From Scenedesmus sp. PABB004 (Eukaryota), in contig JABVCE010000022.1 in the NCBI GenBank assembly GCA_014905635.1, positions 434,001 to 498,000 of the forward strand: a DNA stretch of 64,000 nucleotides, written 5' to 3'. Position numbers and translations under genes: made by a program. Within the stretch, counting starts at the first letter, position 1, and every line of letters starts with the position of its first letter. Below, one piece after another: positions 46,653-59,772 of this stretch. The notes below the pieces were generated by a model. That model was not told the origin of the DNA. It was given only the letters and a program-made list of their open reading frames with translations, and did no database searches.

Positions 46653-48402
46653 GGCCTCTGCTGGCGCTGCTGCTGCCGGTGGAGCGGCCGCAGCAGCCGC
46701 CGCGGCGGGCGCCGCCGCCGGCTGCGCCTGTGCGTCTGCGTCCGCAGCCGCCCGAGCGCCTGCGTCTGCGGCTGCTGCCGGGCCCTGCTGCTGCGCCTCG
46801 CCAGCCCCCGGGGGAGCCGCGACCAGCGTCCATGGCGCGCCGCCCGCCGCGCCGCTGCCGCTGCTGCCGCCGGCGGCGGCGCTGCCGTCGCTGGTCGTCT
46901 CGGTCGAGGGCGCCACGTCGGACAGGTCAGCCGATCCCACCTGCACGGGCGTGCTGGGGCTGCTGTCGTCCACCGGCGGGGCGGCCGGCGGCGGCGGCGG
47001 CGGCGGCGGCTGCTGCCGCGGCGGCGCGGCGGGCGCGTTCTCGGCAGCGCCGCTGGCTGCGGCTGCCGGCGGCGCCCCTGCCCCCTCTGCCGGGGCGGGC
47101 GCTGCTGCCGCCTCGGTCTGAAGCTCCGGCTCAGGCGGGGCGCCCGCACCGCCGGCGCCCGCCACGGCCACAGCGGCGGCCGCGCCCGCCGCCGCGGCTG
47201 CAGCCGCTGCGCCGCCGCCGCCGCCCGCCGCCGCCTCGGCCGCCGGCTGCTGTGCCGCGTCCTGCGGCTGCCGCTGCTCCTCCTGCGCTGCCTGGGCGCG
47301 GCGCGGCGAGGCGGGGGCGTCGTCGTCGTCCCAGCCGCCCAGCTCCTCCGCGCTGCCCTGCTGCTTCGCGCGCGCCGCCAGCGCCTGCCGCGCCTCCTCC
47401 TTCAGCTGGAGCTTGTGCAGCCTGGCGCCGGCGCCGGGGCAGCGGGCCGCGCCCGTCGCGGCGCGCGCGGGCGCGGGCGCGGCGGCCGCTGCGCGCGGGC
47501 CGGCGCAGGGAGGGAGGGACAGCAGGAGGCGCGCGAGCGCGGCCGTGCCGGCGGCGCCGCCGCACCTGTAGAAGTAGCGCGCCCAAAAGTCCTCCCCCTC
47601 CACAATGAGCGGCACGATGCGGCTCTGCAGCTCAGCCATGAACGCGTTGCCTGCGGGGACCGGGCGGCGCCCGGGCTCAGCTCGGGGGGCGCGCCGGGCG
47701 CCCGGGGCCGGGCGGGCGGCGCCCCGCGCGGCGGCGGCGACAGGCGCTGGCGGCGGCGGCGCTGGCGGCGGCGGCGCTGGCGGCGGCGCGGCGCGCGCGC
47801 GCGCCTGCGAGTATGGCGTCAATCTCAGCCTGCGCGCCGGCCATGGTCCAGCCGCGCGCCCGCCAGGCCGCATAGTCCTCGCCGTCCTCCGGCTCGTCAC
47901 AGTAGGTCGCGCTGTCGCGCTGCATCGCCGCGACCTCCGTCTCAAAGCGGCTGTACCGCGCCGCGCCGCGCGCGCGCGCCGCGAGGCGCCCGCCCGCGCC
48001 GCCCCGCGCGCCCGCGCCGCCCGCGAGGCGCGGCACCTCCTTGGCCGCGGCGGCGAGCTCGCCCTCCACGAGCTCAGTGACCTTGCGGGCGCGGCGGGTG
48101 GGCGCGACGGGCGGCGTGGGGCGGCGGCGGGCACGGCTGGCCGCGCTGCGGCGTCGGGCGGTGCCGGCAGCTGCTGGCGGGCGCTGCTGCGGCCAGCGTG
48201 AAGCTCCTGCCCGGCCGCAGCGCACCGTGTCCAGCACTTCGCGGGTGCCGCTGAGCAGCTGCTTGCCAAACACCGCCAGGGAGCTGCCGACGGCGCCGAC
48301 CGCCGCAAGCGGCGCCGACGCGCCGCCCGCGCCGCTGCCGCTGCCGGCGCTGCTGCTGCTGCTGCTGCTGGGCGCGGTGCCCCGGCGGTGCCCTCCTGGC
48401 AG

Positions 48403-48456
<54 letters not shown>

Positions 48457-49156
48457 CAGCGGCCAGCGGTCGGCCCGCGTCGCCTGGGCGCGGCGCCCCT
48501 CGCGCCCCGCTGCCGCGCCCGCGGCCGCGGCCCGCCCCGCGCGGGCGCCCCGCGGCGCGCCGTCCCCGCACCGCGGCGTGCTGGCCGCCGTGCGCCACGG
48601 CGGCGGGCAGGTGCTGCACGGCCACGACCACCTTGCTCGCCTCCGCCTCGACCTCGTGCGTGAAGGTCGCAAACTCGGACTTCCAGTCGGTCGTCTGCAC
48701 GGTCGTGACCACCTCCTCCGCCGTCTGCCGCACCGCCGACGTCAGCGCGTTGGCCACGCTCCACAGGCTGCCGAGGCCCAGCGCCGGCGCACCGTCGCTG
48801 CCGCTGCTGCGCGCGCGCGCGGGTGGGCGGGCAGGGGCGGGCGGCGTCGGCGGCGGCCGTGCCAGCGGCGGGGGTTCCTCTGTGCGTTGGCGCAGCAGCA
48901 CGGCCGGGCGCGCCGTCGCGGGCGGCGGAGCGCAGGCGGCGGTTGCGCGCTGCCGCCGCACCCGCCGCCGTCCTCGCCGCCGGCCTCCTGCGGGCGGGCG
49001 GGCGCGCAATCAGGATGACGGCGGTCTGTCGCGGTCGCGGGGCACGCCCGCGGGAGCAGGCGCTCGCCGCGCGGCGCGGTGCAGCAGCGGGCGCCGCACC
49101 CGCTGCTTCCTGTCCGCCGCCGCCGCCGGCGCGTCGCCGGTCAAGAAGCTGAACAT
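46494..49156 (-). CDS. BSD domain-containing protein
   Basis: YSRFETEVAAMQRDSATYCDEPED, IVPLIVEGEDFWARYFYR (BSD FW-x-x-YF signature) and an acidic EDWDDWD* tail. Confidence 0.92.
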
Positions 49157-49403
49157 GGCTGCTGCCTCCTGGCGCCGGCGTCGCGGCCTGGCTCAGCTCA
49201 CTGCGGTGCGCTCGGCTCTGCGCGGCGGCAGGGGCAAGCTCGCCGCGGCGTCAGCGTCAAACGAGGGCTCAGGCACCGCGCCGCAACCCCCCTCCGCCGG
49301 CGAAGGCGACGCAGGCACCGTACGTAGCTCCCGCAGCGCTGCGGCAGCATCGGCGGCGGGCGGGTCGAGGCGATCGAGGCCGCGGCAGCGGCGCGCCGCC
49401 GAC

Positions 49404-51915
49404 ATGGACGGCGGCCCCCCTCTCACCGCCATGGACAGCGGCTCGGGGAGCGCCGCAGACGACGCCGGCGGCGACAGCCTGGCCCGCCTTGACGGCGCGT
49501 CGCTGCTCGCGGTGCTGCGCCGGCTGGCTCCGCCCGAGCTCGCCGCGCTCGCCTGCTGCTGCCACGCCCTGCGCGCCGCCGCGTCCGCCGGCGTGGTGTG
49601 GGCGCCGATCCTGGCGGCCCGCTTCGACCTCTCGCCCTCGCTCTCTGGCGATCCCGGCCAGGCGGTGGACTGGCCGGGCGCCGCGCGCCGGCTGGCGGCC
49701 GCGCTGCGCGCCCCGCACGCGCAGCGCTTTGCCGCGCTGTACACAGACGGCGGCTGCGATGGCGCGCCCACTGATCTCACGTACTGGGCCGACAACGCGT
49801 GGCAGGTGCGCCGGCGCTGGGCAGCCGCCCGCGCGCCCGCGCCACGCCCGCGTCGCGCCGCGCCGCACCGTCCCGCGCCCGCGCCGCTCGCCCACAGCCC
49901 AACTTTGCGAGCCCGTTCTGCACGGACGCGAGCGCGGACGCCAACATCCTGGCGGTCCTGCAGGTGGGCGACGGCGGGGGCGCAACCACCCGCGCGCAGG
50001 CGCGCCCGCCGCCCGCTGACCGCGCCGCCGCCGCCCGCTGCCGCCTGTGCTGCGGGACGCCAGCTCGACGGGATGGGCGTCGACGCCGCGCTGGCGGCGC
50101 AGCGGGACTACCTGGTGCAGCGCTGCGCCCCCGCGGCCGCGCTGCTCTTCGCGCCGCCGGGCGCGCCGCCCGGCTCGCACGCGCAGCTCCTGGCGGACGC
50201 GCGCGCGCAGCTGGCGAGCTGGAGCTCGCTCGGCCTCGAGCGTCTGTTCCTCGACCTCCACCAGGTGCGGCCGCAGCCCCGCGCGCGCGCGGGCGACTCA
50301 GGGCCCCCCGCCGCGGGACCCTCGCGTTTGGGGGCAGCTCGCCGCCGGGAGCCTCCGGCCGCTGCGGCATCGGCGGCGGCGGCGGCGGGGCGTGCCCGCG
50401 ACCCGCGCACGCGCGCGCGCGGCGCCTCCGCCGCGGCCGCAGGACCTGGCGCTGCACCAGGAGAGCTGGGGCCGCCTGCTGCTGGCGGGCGTGCCGCCGG
50501 AGGAGGTGCAGGCCGAGGTGGCGCGCCTGGCGGCCGCAGCGGAGGCCATCACCAGCCGGCAGGGGCGCGGGCGGTATCGCGCGGTGCGGCAGGTCCCGCC
50601 CGCCGCGCTGGAGGCAGCCGGCGGGGCCCCCGCCGCGGGCGAGCGCGGCGACGGCGACGGCGAGCCGCCGGCGCGCAAGCCCTCGCACCACCTGGTGGAC
50701 ACGCAGCTGCTCCCGTGGCTCTCTGCGCCGGGCGCCGTCACCACCACAGGTGCGGCCGGCGCAGGGGGCGCGGGCGGCGGCAACACAACGCGGCAGTCGC
50801 CCCGGCGCGTCGTGCGCCGCGCGGCCGCTGCGCTCGCCCACCCGCCCGCGCGCGTGCGCGCTGCTGGCCCGGCCTCGCGCGCAGCGCTGGTGAGTGAGGT
50901 TGTCGTCTCCCGGGTAGGTCATTTCACGTGCCCCGTAGCAGCCGGCGCGCTGCTGCTCGGCCAGCACAGCCAGGCGCTGCCGCCGGGGCGCGCGGACGAC
51001 TGGGCGTCCGGCCCGCAGCTCGCGGCGGTGCTGGCCACGCGCGCCGACCCCATCGTCGCTGCCCTCGACGGCGCCAGCAGCCTGGCGGCCGTGCAGGCAG
51101 CGGTCGCGGCGGGGCGGCTGCCGCCGCTGCTGAAGCACGTGCAGTCGGCGGGCGCCGAGTGGGCAGAGTTTGTGCCGCTGCCGGCCGAGCAGCGCGAGGC
51201 GCGGCGGCGGCAGGGCTGGTGCCTGCGCCCTGTGCTGTGGTTTCGGTGCGCGCGCGGCGCGGCGCGGCCCGGCGGCGGCGGCGGCGGCCGGGGCGCGCGG
51301 GGGCTGTCGCGCCTCACGCCGCGCGCCGCCGCCGCCGCCGCCAGGTTCTGGACGCCGCCTGCCGCGCCGCCAGCGGTGATGCCTGACTTTGCTGAGGGCC
51401 AGCAGCACCTGCAGGCGGAGCAGGCGGAGCAGGCGGACGGCGCCAGCACCGCGAGCGAGAGCGGCAGCGACGACGACCCAGAGCACCTGCCAGACGCGGC
51501 GCAGGACGGCGCCAGCGCCAGCGGCGACGCCAGCAGCGCGCGCGGCGGCGGCGGAAGCCCATGCGCCGCCGGCGGCGGCGGAAGCCCGCGCGGCGGCGGC
51601 GGCGGCAGCGGCAGCGGCAGCGGCGGCGGCGGCGGCGGCGGCGGCAGCGGCGAGCAGCTGTTTGCGCTGGCGCCGCCGCCGCCGGCGCTGCACGAGGTGG
51701 CGCCGGGCAGCGCGCCGATGCCGCCGCACCTGCTGCTGCGCGCGGCGCTGAGCCGCGTGCGCAGCGGCAACGTGGCGGTGCTGAAGCTGATTGATGCCGA
51801 GGACCGGATGCAGGAGTATGGCGACGTGGCCGAGACGCCGAACATTGACATACAGTTTGTCGCGCTGCGCGGCGCCGGGCTGCGCGTCACCGCGCCGGGC
51901 GTGGCGCTGCAGTGA
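49404..51915 (+). CDS. F-box protein with uncharacterised C-terminal region
   Basis: LARLDGASLLAVLRRLAPPELAALACCCHALRAAASAGVVW fits an F-box. Globular-looking blocks YTDGG...YWADN...FCT and VLKLIDAEDRM...NIDIQFVALRG. Confidence 0.7.
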
Positions 51916-52107
51916 GCGGCGCGACGGCGCGGGGCGGCGCGGGCTGGGCCGGGGGGAGTTGGTGCGACGGCAACCGCCTGGTTGCCGTGCGGGCGTCGGC
52001 ACCACCAGGGCACACCAGCGCTGCGCCCTCGGCCGCCGCGGGCGGTGCTGCCCAGCGCGCGCTGGTCGCTCCTGCCACTGCCGTCGACGCGCTGCGTCAC
52101 CTGGGCA

Positions 52108-55100
52108 ATGGCCGAGCAGCACGCGGACGGCAGTCAGTCGCCCAGCGTTGCCTTTGCGCTCTCCGGCAGCAGCGCCGACGGCAAAGCGCCGCCCCACGCG
52201 GAGCAGGCGGCCGAAGCGAGTGACGCAGCGGGTCGCGAAGAAGCACCGAGCGACGGGCCAGCCGGGGGCACCGATCGGGCGGCGCCAGCCGCCAAGCGCG
52301 GGCGGCGGGAGCTCAACGATGGCCCGGACGCCGCGGAGCTGCTGCCGCCGCACCCGAAGCGCCGGCCGAGCGCGGTCGCCGGCGAGGTGCGTGCGTGTGA
52401 CACGAGCTGAGGTGGCACCGCCCTGCCCGGCGCCCCGCCGCGCGCTCACCGCCGCCCCCACCGCGCCGCCGGCGCAGCAGCGGCAGCAGCAGCAGCAGGT
52501 GGACGACGCCGTCCCGCCCGCTGGCGACGACGACGAACCTCCAGACGAGCGCGACGCGGCCGAGCAGCAGCAGGAGGGGGAGCAGCAGGCGGCGGCGCAG
52601 ACGCGCGGGCCGGGCGGCAGCGGCGCGGCAGCAGCAGGCGACGCCGGCGCCGGCGAGCAGCGCGAAGCGCCAGGCGGCAGTCCACGCACCGTCCAGGACG
52701 GCGCCGAGCACGCGTCGGGTGAGCAGCGCGCGGGGGGGCGCGTCGCGCCGGGAGCGCGCTCGGTGTCCCGCGACGTGGCGCGCCGCAAAATGCGCGTGGG
52801 GCGCCGACCCGACCGCGCGATCGCACTCCGGGACGCGGCGCGCGCCTCCGTGACCGCCGCGGCGCCGCTGCGCCCTGCGCCGCCCGCGACGCGTATGACG
52901 GCGGCCGCGCCCGCGCGGCCCCGCGGCTGCCGGCAGAGCGCGCCCCGCCCGCCCGCGCCCGCGCCCGTGCGGCCCCGCCGGCGCGCCGCGCCGCCGCACG
53001 CACGCGCGCGGGCATGCGCGCTCAGCAGCGCGCGCCCGCGCCCGCCGGCGCCACGACGCCCTCGCCGGGCCCGCCGCCGCCGGCGGCGCCGGGCTCACCC
53101 TCGGATGGCGCCGCGCCCGGCGGCGCGGCGGCCGCGCCGCGCGCGCGCTCGCCGCCGCGCCGCGCGACAGGCGCGCGCGGCGGCGGCCCGGGCGTGCGCG
53201 CCGACTTTCCGCTGCTCACGCACGAGGACGGCAGCGTGACCGCGACGCTCGCGGTGTCGCGGCACCTCGTGGGCAAGCTCATCGGCAAGGCCGGCGCGAC
53301 GATCGGCGCGCTGCAGGCGGGCAGCGGCACGAGCATTCAGGTCGACCAGGAGGGCGCCGAGCTCGGCAGCGACGCGCGCCAGGTCACGGTGCGCGGCGGC
53401 GCCGACGCGGTGTCCCGCGCGGTCGAGGCCATCCAGTCCGCGCTCGAGGAGGCGGTGCCGCCCGGCGAGGGCGAGGTCGAGCGCCGCCTGCCCTGCCCCG
53501 CGTCGTTCGTGGGGCGCATCATCGGCCGCGGCGGCGAGACGATACGCTCGCTGCAGGCGGCGAGCGGCGCGCACATCCTCGTGGATCAGAACTTCCCCGA
53601 GGGCCACGACAGGCGCGCGGCGCGCGGCGCGGCGCGGCGCGCGGGCGCGCGGGGCCGCGGCGCGCGGGCGCGCGGCGCGCGCGTGAAGCGGGCGGCCCCG
53701 GGGGCCGCGGTGCGCGGGCGCGCGCGCGCCCGGGGCAGCCCGCCACGCCCGCGTGCCCCCGCGCGCGGCGGTGCCGGCGCGCAGGGCTGTCATCATCACC
53801 GGCCCCGCCGAGGGCGTGGACCGCGCGGCGCAGATGATCGAGGAGCTCATTCACGGCGAGCCCGGCACAGCCAGCCAGATCATCTGCAAGGCGCGCGCGC
53901 TGCGCACGCCGCGCCGCGCCGCGCTGCGCCGCGGGGTCAGCCGGCCGCCCAGCGCGCGCCGCGCCGCGCCGCCCGCGCGCGCGCCGACGCGCGGCCGCGC
54001 GGCCGGCCCCGCGCCGCAGCACTCGCTCGGGCACACGCTGGTCATGTCGTGCCCGCGCGCGGTCGTGGGGCGCGTGATCGGCAAGGGCGGCGAGACGGTC
54101 AAGGGCCTGCAGCGCCGCTACGGCGTCTCCATCCAGGCGCGGCGGGCGCGGAGGGGCGCTGGAGGGGGCGCGGGGGGCGCGCAGGGGCCGCGAGCGCGCC
54201 GCGCTGACCGCACCGACCGCGCCGCGCCGGCCGCGCCGGCCGCGCCGCGCCGGCCGCGCCGCCGCAGATTGACCAGAGCAGCGACCCCATGTCGGTGACC
54301 ATCACAGGTCCGCAGCCCGCGGCCGAGGCGTGCCAGCTGGAGGTCACGGCGCTCATGAATGACACGCCCTTTGCCGGCCCGCACGGTGAGAGGCCGATGC
54401 GGCCGCGCGGGGCAGTGCGCGCGGGGCGGGCGCGGGGCGCGGGGCGCGGGGGCCCGCGCGCGGCGGAGCGCCCAGCCACCGTCGCCGCCGCCGCCGTGCG
54501 TGCGCGCGCGCGCGGCGCCGCAGGCGTCTTTGGCCCGCCGGGCGCGTTTGGCCGGCCGGGCGGGGGCGGCTTTGCGCCGTACGGCATGCCGCCGGGCTTT
54601 GCGCCGTACGGGCCCTTTGCCGGCTTTGTCGCGCCGGGCGGCGCCTTCCCCGGCGCCATGGCGGGCATGGCCGGCGCCATGATGCCCGGCGGCGGCGGCG
54701 GCGCGCCGGGGGGCGGCTTCGCGGCGCAGCAGGCGGGCGGCGGCAGCGGCGGCTGGGGCGGCAGCAGCGGGCCCGCCAGCGGCGGCGCCGGTGGCTACGG
54801 CGGCGGCGCGATGCAGCAGCAGCAGCAGCAGATGCAGCAGATGCAGCAGCTGATGCAGCAGCAGATGCAGCAGCAGATGCAGCAGTTGTACGGCATGCAG
54901 GCCGGCGGCTACGGCATGATGGGCGGCGGCGGCATGATGCCCGGCGGCGCCAGCATGATGGGCGGAGGCGCCGGCATGATGGGCGGGCCGGGGCCCGGCG
55001 GCGGCAGGGCCGGCGGCGCCGGCGCCGCGTCGGCGTGGGAGGCGGTGCTGGACGACCAGGGGCGCACGTTTTACTGGAACAGCCTGACGAACAGGAGCCA

Positions 55101-55128
55101 GTGGAACAAGCCCGGCGAGATGGAGTGA
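52108..55128 (+). CDS. RNA-binding protein with three KH domains, a Gly/Met/Gln-rich region and a C-terminal WW domain (FUBP-like)
   Basis: VGKLIGKAG, VGRIIGRGG and VGRVIGKGG KH loops; WW domain WEAVLDDQGRTFYWNSLTNRSQWNKP. 5' exons are approximate. Confidence 0.9.
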
Positions 55129-55782
55129 GCGCCGCCGTGGCCGCGCGGCGGGCGTGGGCTGTGAGTGAGTCGCCAGCAAGCACGCACGCGGCCGGCGCTG
55201 GCGCGGCGCGGCTGCGCGCCCTGAGTGCACGCGAGCGAGCGAACGGCGGCGACGCGCGACAGCTGCCTGCCTGCCGCCACGGCCCATGCTGCGGGGGCGC
55301 CGCGGAGGTGCGCCGCGGGGGCTGCGCACGGGGGCACGCGCCGCGCCCTCATGCGGCGCGGCTGCATGGCCGGGGCTGCCGGGGGTGGCGCCCCCGCGAT
55401 CCCCGGGCGCGTTTGGGCGGACGCAAGCCTGTGCACGTGCGCCCGAGCAGGGCGGCGCGCGAGGCGGGCGGGGCGGGGCGGCAAGGCAATCAGTCGGTCG
55501 CGCACGCGGCGGCGCGCCTGATTGTCCGGGCGCGCGCGCGTGCGTGGGGTGCATCGGTGGGTCCCACCACCCAGGCGGCGGCGCGTTGGCGGCCCCCCTC
55601 ATCGGTTGCGTCTCTCGAACCCGCGCCCTCGGCGCGCGGGCAGCACATGGCGGCGGCGGCGACGGCGGCTGTTTTGGGGCGCCGGGCCGCGGGCGGGCGG
55701 ATCGGGTGCAACGCACGCGCGGCTTGTGCCGTGTCCAGCCAGTGACCGGTCGGCCGATCACAACGCGCGCACGGCGCTCCAC

Positions 55783-58700
55783 TCAGCTCACGCCGCCGCC
55801 CCCCTGTCGACACAAGGCCTCGTCTGCCTCGACGTCGTCCTCCTCCTCCAGCATCAGCCCCAGCAGCGCCGCGTCCAGCTCGGCAAGCACGCCGCTGCTC
55901 TCCGGTGGGGGCGCGGCCGCCGCCGCCGTGCTGCTGCTGCTGCTGCCGCCCGCCTCGCCCTGCTGCTGCTGCGGCGGCTCCTGCTGCTGCTGCGGCGCTG
56001 GTGGTGGCTCCTGCTGCGGCGCTGGCGGTGGCTCCTGCTGCGGGTCCTGCTGCTCGCCGGCCTGCTGCTCCGCCGCGACGGCGGCGGCGGCCGCCGCCTC
56101 GGTGCGCGGCCCCGCCACGCCGGGCTCCAGCACCGCCTGCCCGTCCTCGCCGCGCCCGAGCCGGGTGCTGCTGAACGACGCGAAGCGGCCGAGTCGCGAA
56201 AACTCGGCCGCCGCCGCGGCGGCCGCGGCGGCGACCTGCGAGTCGCTCGCGGGCGACGCCAGAGCGGCCCCAAACACGCGGCGGTGCGTGCCGCGCGGCC
56301 ACGCGAGCGGTTTCGCCTTGATCGCCATGATCAGCGACTCAAAGTCGCCCAGCTCCAACAGCTCGGGCTGCAGCTCCGACATGACCGCCAGGCCGAGGCG
56401 CAGCAGCAGCGCGTCGTCGTCGCGCCGCGGCGCCTGCAGCAGCGCGTCGATCAGCCGCGCCGGCACCGCCGCTGGGAAGGGCGCGGCAAAGCCGGTCATC
56501 AGCCACTGCGGCGCGGCGGCAGCGGCCGGGCGCGGGCCGCGCGTCTCGGCGGCGACGGCGGCGGCGCGGCGGCGGCGGCCGTGCCGGTGCGCGGCAGCGC
56601 CGGCGGCGGCGCGGCGCGGGCGCGCGCGCGCGCGCGCCTGCGCGGCGTAGAGCAGCGCCGGCACGGCCGCGTCGAGCAGGTGCTGGTGCAGCGGCGGCGC
56701 GTGCGTGGCGAGGAGCAGCTCGAAGGCGGACAGCTGGCGCTGCAGGTGCTCCAGGCCGGGCAGGTAGAGGCGGCGCAGCGTGGGCCCGGAGGTCATGAGG
56801 CGCCGGAAGAGCCTGAACGCTGGCTCCTCCGGCAGGTACATCAGCAGCACGCCCGCGGGGAACGCCATGCCCTGCGCAGGGCAGGGTGCGCGGTGTGTGG
56901 GCGGCGTGGGCGGCGTGGGCGGCGCGGGCGTGGGCGGCACAGTGGCGCAGCGCGCCCGCGGCGGGCCCGCGCGCGCACCTGCGTGTACCCGACCTGGCGC
57001 GCCGCGGCGGCGGCGCCCCGGGCGGCGGCGGCGGCAGCGGCGGCGCGTGGGCGTGGGCAGCGAGCGGCGCAGCGCGGCGGCGCGGGTGCGCGCCGCGCCG
57101 CGCCACGCGCGGCGCGCGCACCTCTGGGTCTGCCGCGGCGTACGCCTTGAGCACGCGCAGCAGGCGGCCCTGCCCCGCGGCGCTCGCGAAGAGCGGGTGC
57201 TCGGGGAAGGTGCGCGGCACGTCGCGCAGGATGACGTCCTCGACGCACCCGCACCCTGGCGCGACGGCGCGGGCGCGGCGGCGGGTGCGGCGGCGGCGCG
57301 GGCGCGGCGTCGGCGAGGTGCGCGGGCGGCGAGGTGCGCAGGCGCGCGTGAGGAGCAGGGAAAACCAAACAGAGCCGCCCGCGGCCGGCCCACCTGCGGC
57401 CAGCAGTGCGGCGTACTCGCCGCCCTCGTCCACCTCCGCGGGGATGCCCTCGCCCGGCAGCCAGGGCACCTCCAGCATGGCCGCAAGCACGGCGCGCCGC
57501 GCCGCCGCGGCGGCGCCGACGGCCGCGCCCTCGGCCGGCTCGCCGCCCGCCTCGTCCACCAGGGCGCGCAAGCTCTCCAGCGCCTGCTGGTTGCCGGCGG
57601 CGGCTGCCTCGGCCGCGGCCGACGAGAGTGGCAGGTCGATGGGAACCATCTCCCAGTCGGCGGCCGCGGGCGCTGCCTCCTCGCCGGCGGCGCTGCCGCT
57701 GCCGCTGCCGCCGCCCTCGCTGCCGCTGGCGCTGGAGCTGGCGCTGCCGCTGCCGCCCCGCGCCTCGCTGCGGGCGCCGGGGACCGCGGCCCAGGGGCTG
57801 GGCGCGACGGGCGGCGCAGCGCCGCCGCTGGCGCACGGGCCTGCGCCGCCGGCCTCCTGCGCGGCCCAGGGGCTGGGCGCGACGGGCGCCGCAGCCTCGC
57901 AGTGGCGGCTGTCGCCGCAGCTGTCGGCGCCGCCGCCGGCGGCGAGCGCGGGCAGCGCCGCGGCTGCAGACGGCGACGCAGAGGGCGGCTCCACCAGCAC
58001 GCCCGTGGACTGCTGCGCCAGCAGGTCGTCGATGTCTGGCGCGGTGCTCTCGGTGGCGCTCGGCCCCAGCCCCGCTGCCGCCGGCTCCGCTGCCGCCGGC
58101 TCCGCTGCCACCGGCTCCGCTGCCGCCGGCTCCGCTTGCCCCCCGGCGGGCTGCTGCGCATCCGCCGCTGGCGCCTCTGCCGCGCCCGGCGGCTCAGGGG
58201 TGGCGCTGAAGGCGGCAAAGGGCGACGCGGGCGCCGACGAGCCCGCGCCGGCCGCCGGGCTGCCACCGGGGCTGTCCCCCGGCGCCGGCGTGCCCTGGCG
58301 CTGCGGCTGCGGCGCGGCGGGGGCCAGCACGCGCGGGCGGGCGTTGGCGGGCGGGCGCCGCGGCGGCGCGGCCCCGCGCGGGCGCGGCGCGCCCCAGGCG
58401 CGCGCCGCCGCGCACCATCAGCGCGGCCGCTAGGTCGGGGCGCTCCAGCAGCACGTACCACAGCCGGCTGCGCAGCTCCTGGGGCATGTCCTCCAGCACC
58501 TGCCACGCGCCGCGCCGGGGCGGCGGCGGCTCGCGCGGCGCCCCCCCAGCGCGCGCGGCGCGCCGCGCTCCACCGCCGCAGCAGCGGCAGCGGCGGCCGG
58601 GCGCTCGACCCCCACCGCACCGCACCTGGTCGCCGACCTGCACGTCCACCAGCGCCTTGTGGTGGTGCGCGAGCTCCGCCTCCAGGTCGCGCGCCTGCTG

Positions 58701-59118
58701 CTGGCGCTGGCTCTCCGCGATCTGGCGCTCAATGCGCGCCAGCACAGCGCCGATGCGCTGCGCGCCCGCGCCGAGGCGCGCGCGCGCGCCCGCGTGCAGC
58801 GTCTCCGCCCCCGCGCCGATGCCTCGCTGCACCTCATTGATGCCCTTGCTCGCCTCCTGCGCGATAAAGGTGGCGCCCTGCCTGCGCGGCGCGGCGTCGG
58901 CGCGGCGTCGGCGTCGGCGCGGCGGCGCACGGCGTGGCGTCGGACCGCGCCGCACGGCACCGCCCGCAGCGGCGCCGGTGAGTGGGTGCTCACTTGCGCA
59001 GCGCGGGGTCGAACAGCAGCTCGCCGGTGGCCTGCGCGACCTCGCCGACGGTCTCGGCAAACTGCACGAGGTCCGCCCGCAGCGCCGCGAGCTTCTGCTT
59101 CAGCCCGCCCGGCGCCAT
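55783..59118 (-). CDS. TBC-domain Rab GTPase-activating protein
   Basis: MPQELRSRLW, ILRDVPRTFPEH (Arg finger), VGYTQGM (Gln finger) and YAAQWLMTGFA. A long low-complexity insertion lies within the domain. Confidence 0.93.
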
Positions 59119-59772
59119 GCTGGTGTCGAAGGGCGCCGGGCGCCGGGGCGCCGGGCGCAGGCACCGGGGCCTCACCGGTGCGGGCGGCGGCGCGTGGCGG
59201 CGCCTGCACGACAGCAGCAGCGGCGCGAGCGCGCCCGCGGCGGCCTGCGGCGCGACCGGCGGCAGTGCGGCCGCGCCCCGCGCCGATTCGCGCGCGACCG
59301 GGGTGCCACGCCCACGCACGCGGCCCACCGGCGCCCGGGAGAGAGCAGGAGGGCGCCGCGAGCTGTCGCTGCTGTCGCCCGTAGCCGCGGGCGGCGTCGC
59401 CAGCTGCGCGCTCGCGGGCGGGCGGGAGGGGCTGTCGTGGGGCTGACGCTGGGAGGACAGCGCGATCTGCGCGCGTGCGGGCGACCTGTTCGATGCCAAG
59501 GTGCCCGCAAAGACCTGCCGCGCACGCTAGGCCCCAGGCCCGCGCCCCGCAGTTCTCCCATGACCGCCCCGGCCATACGCAGCCGCCACAGCACTCGCCG
59601 GCCGCCATCAGCGGCGCCGGTCAACGCGCTCGCGCGCCGGGCCGCGCCCTGCACTCCCCACCTGGGCGCCCGGGGCACGCCGGCGCCGCCGCTGCGCACG
59701 CCCGCGCACCGTGCCGTCCAGCCCGCGCCGCCGGCGGCTCCGCCACAGCAGCGACGCGCGCGGCGGCGCGGC

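Noticed and set aside
57787..58135. Short coding repeats in the TBC gene (APVAPSPWAA x2, EPAAA x4)
   Set aside because: They look like ordinary slippage in a disordered insert, with no support for function.
59477..59508. Hairpin GCGGGC-G-ACCT/AGGT-GCCCGC with a GTTCGA loop as a tRNA or SINE
   Set aside because: There is no D arm, anticodon arm or A box, and such stems arise easily at this GC.
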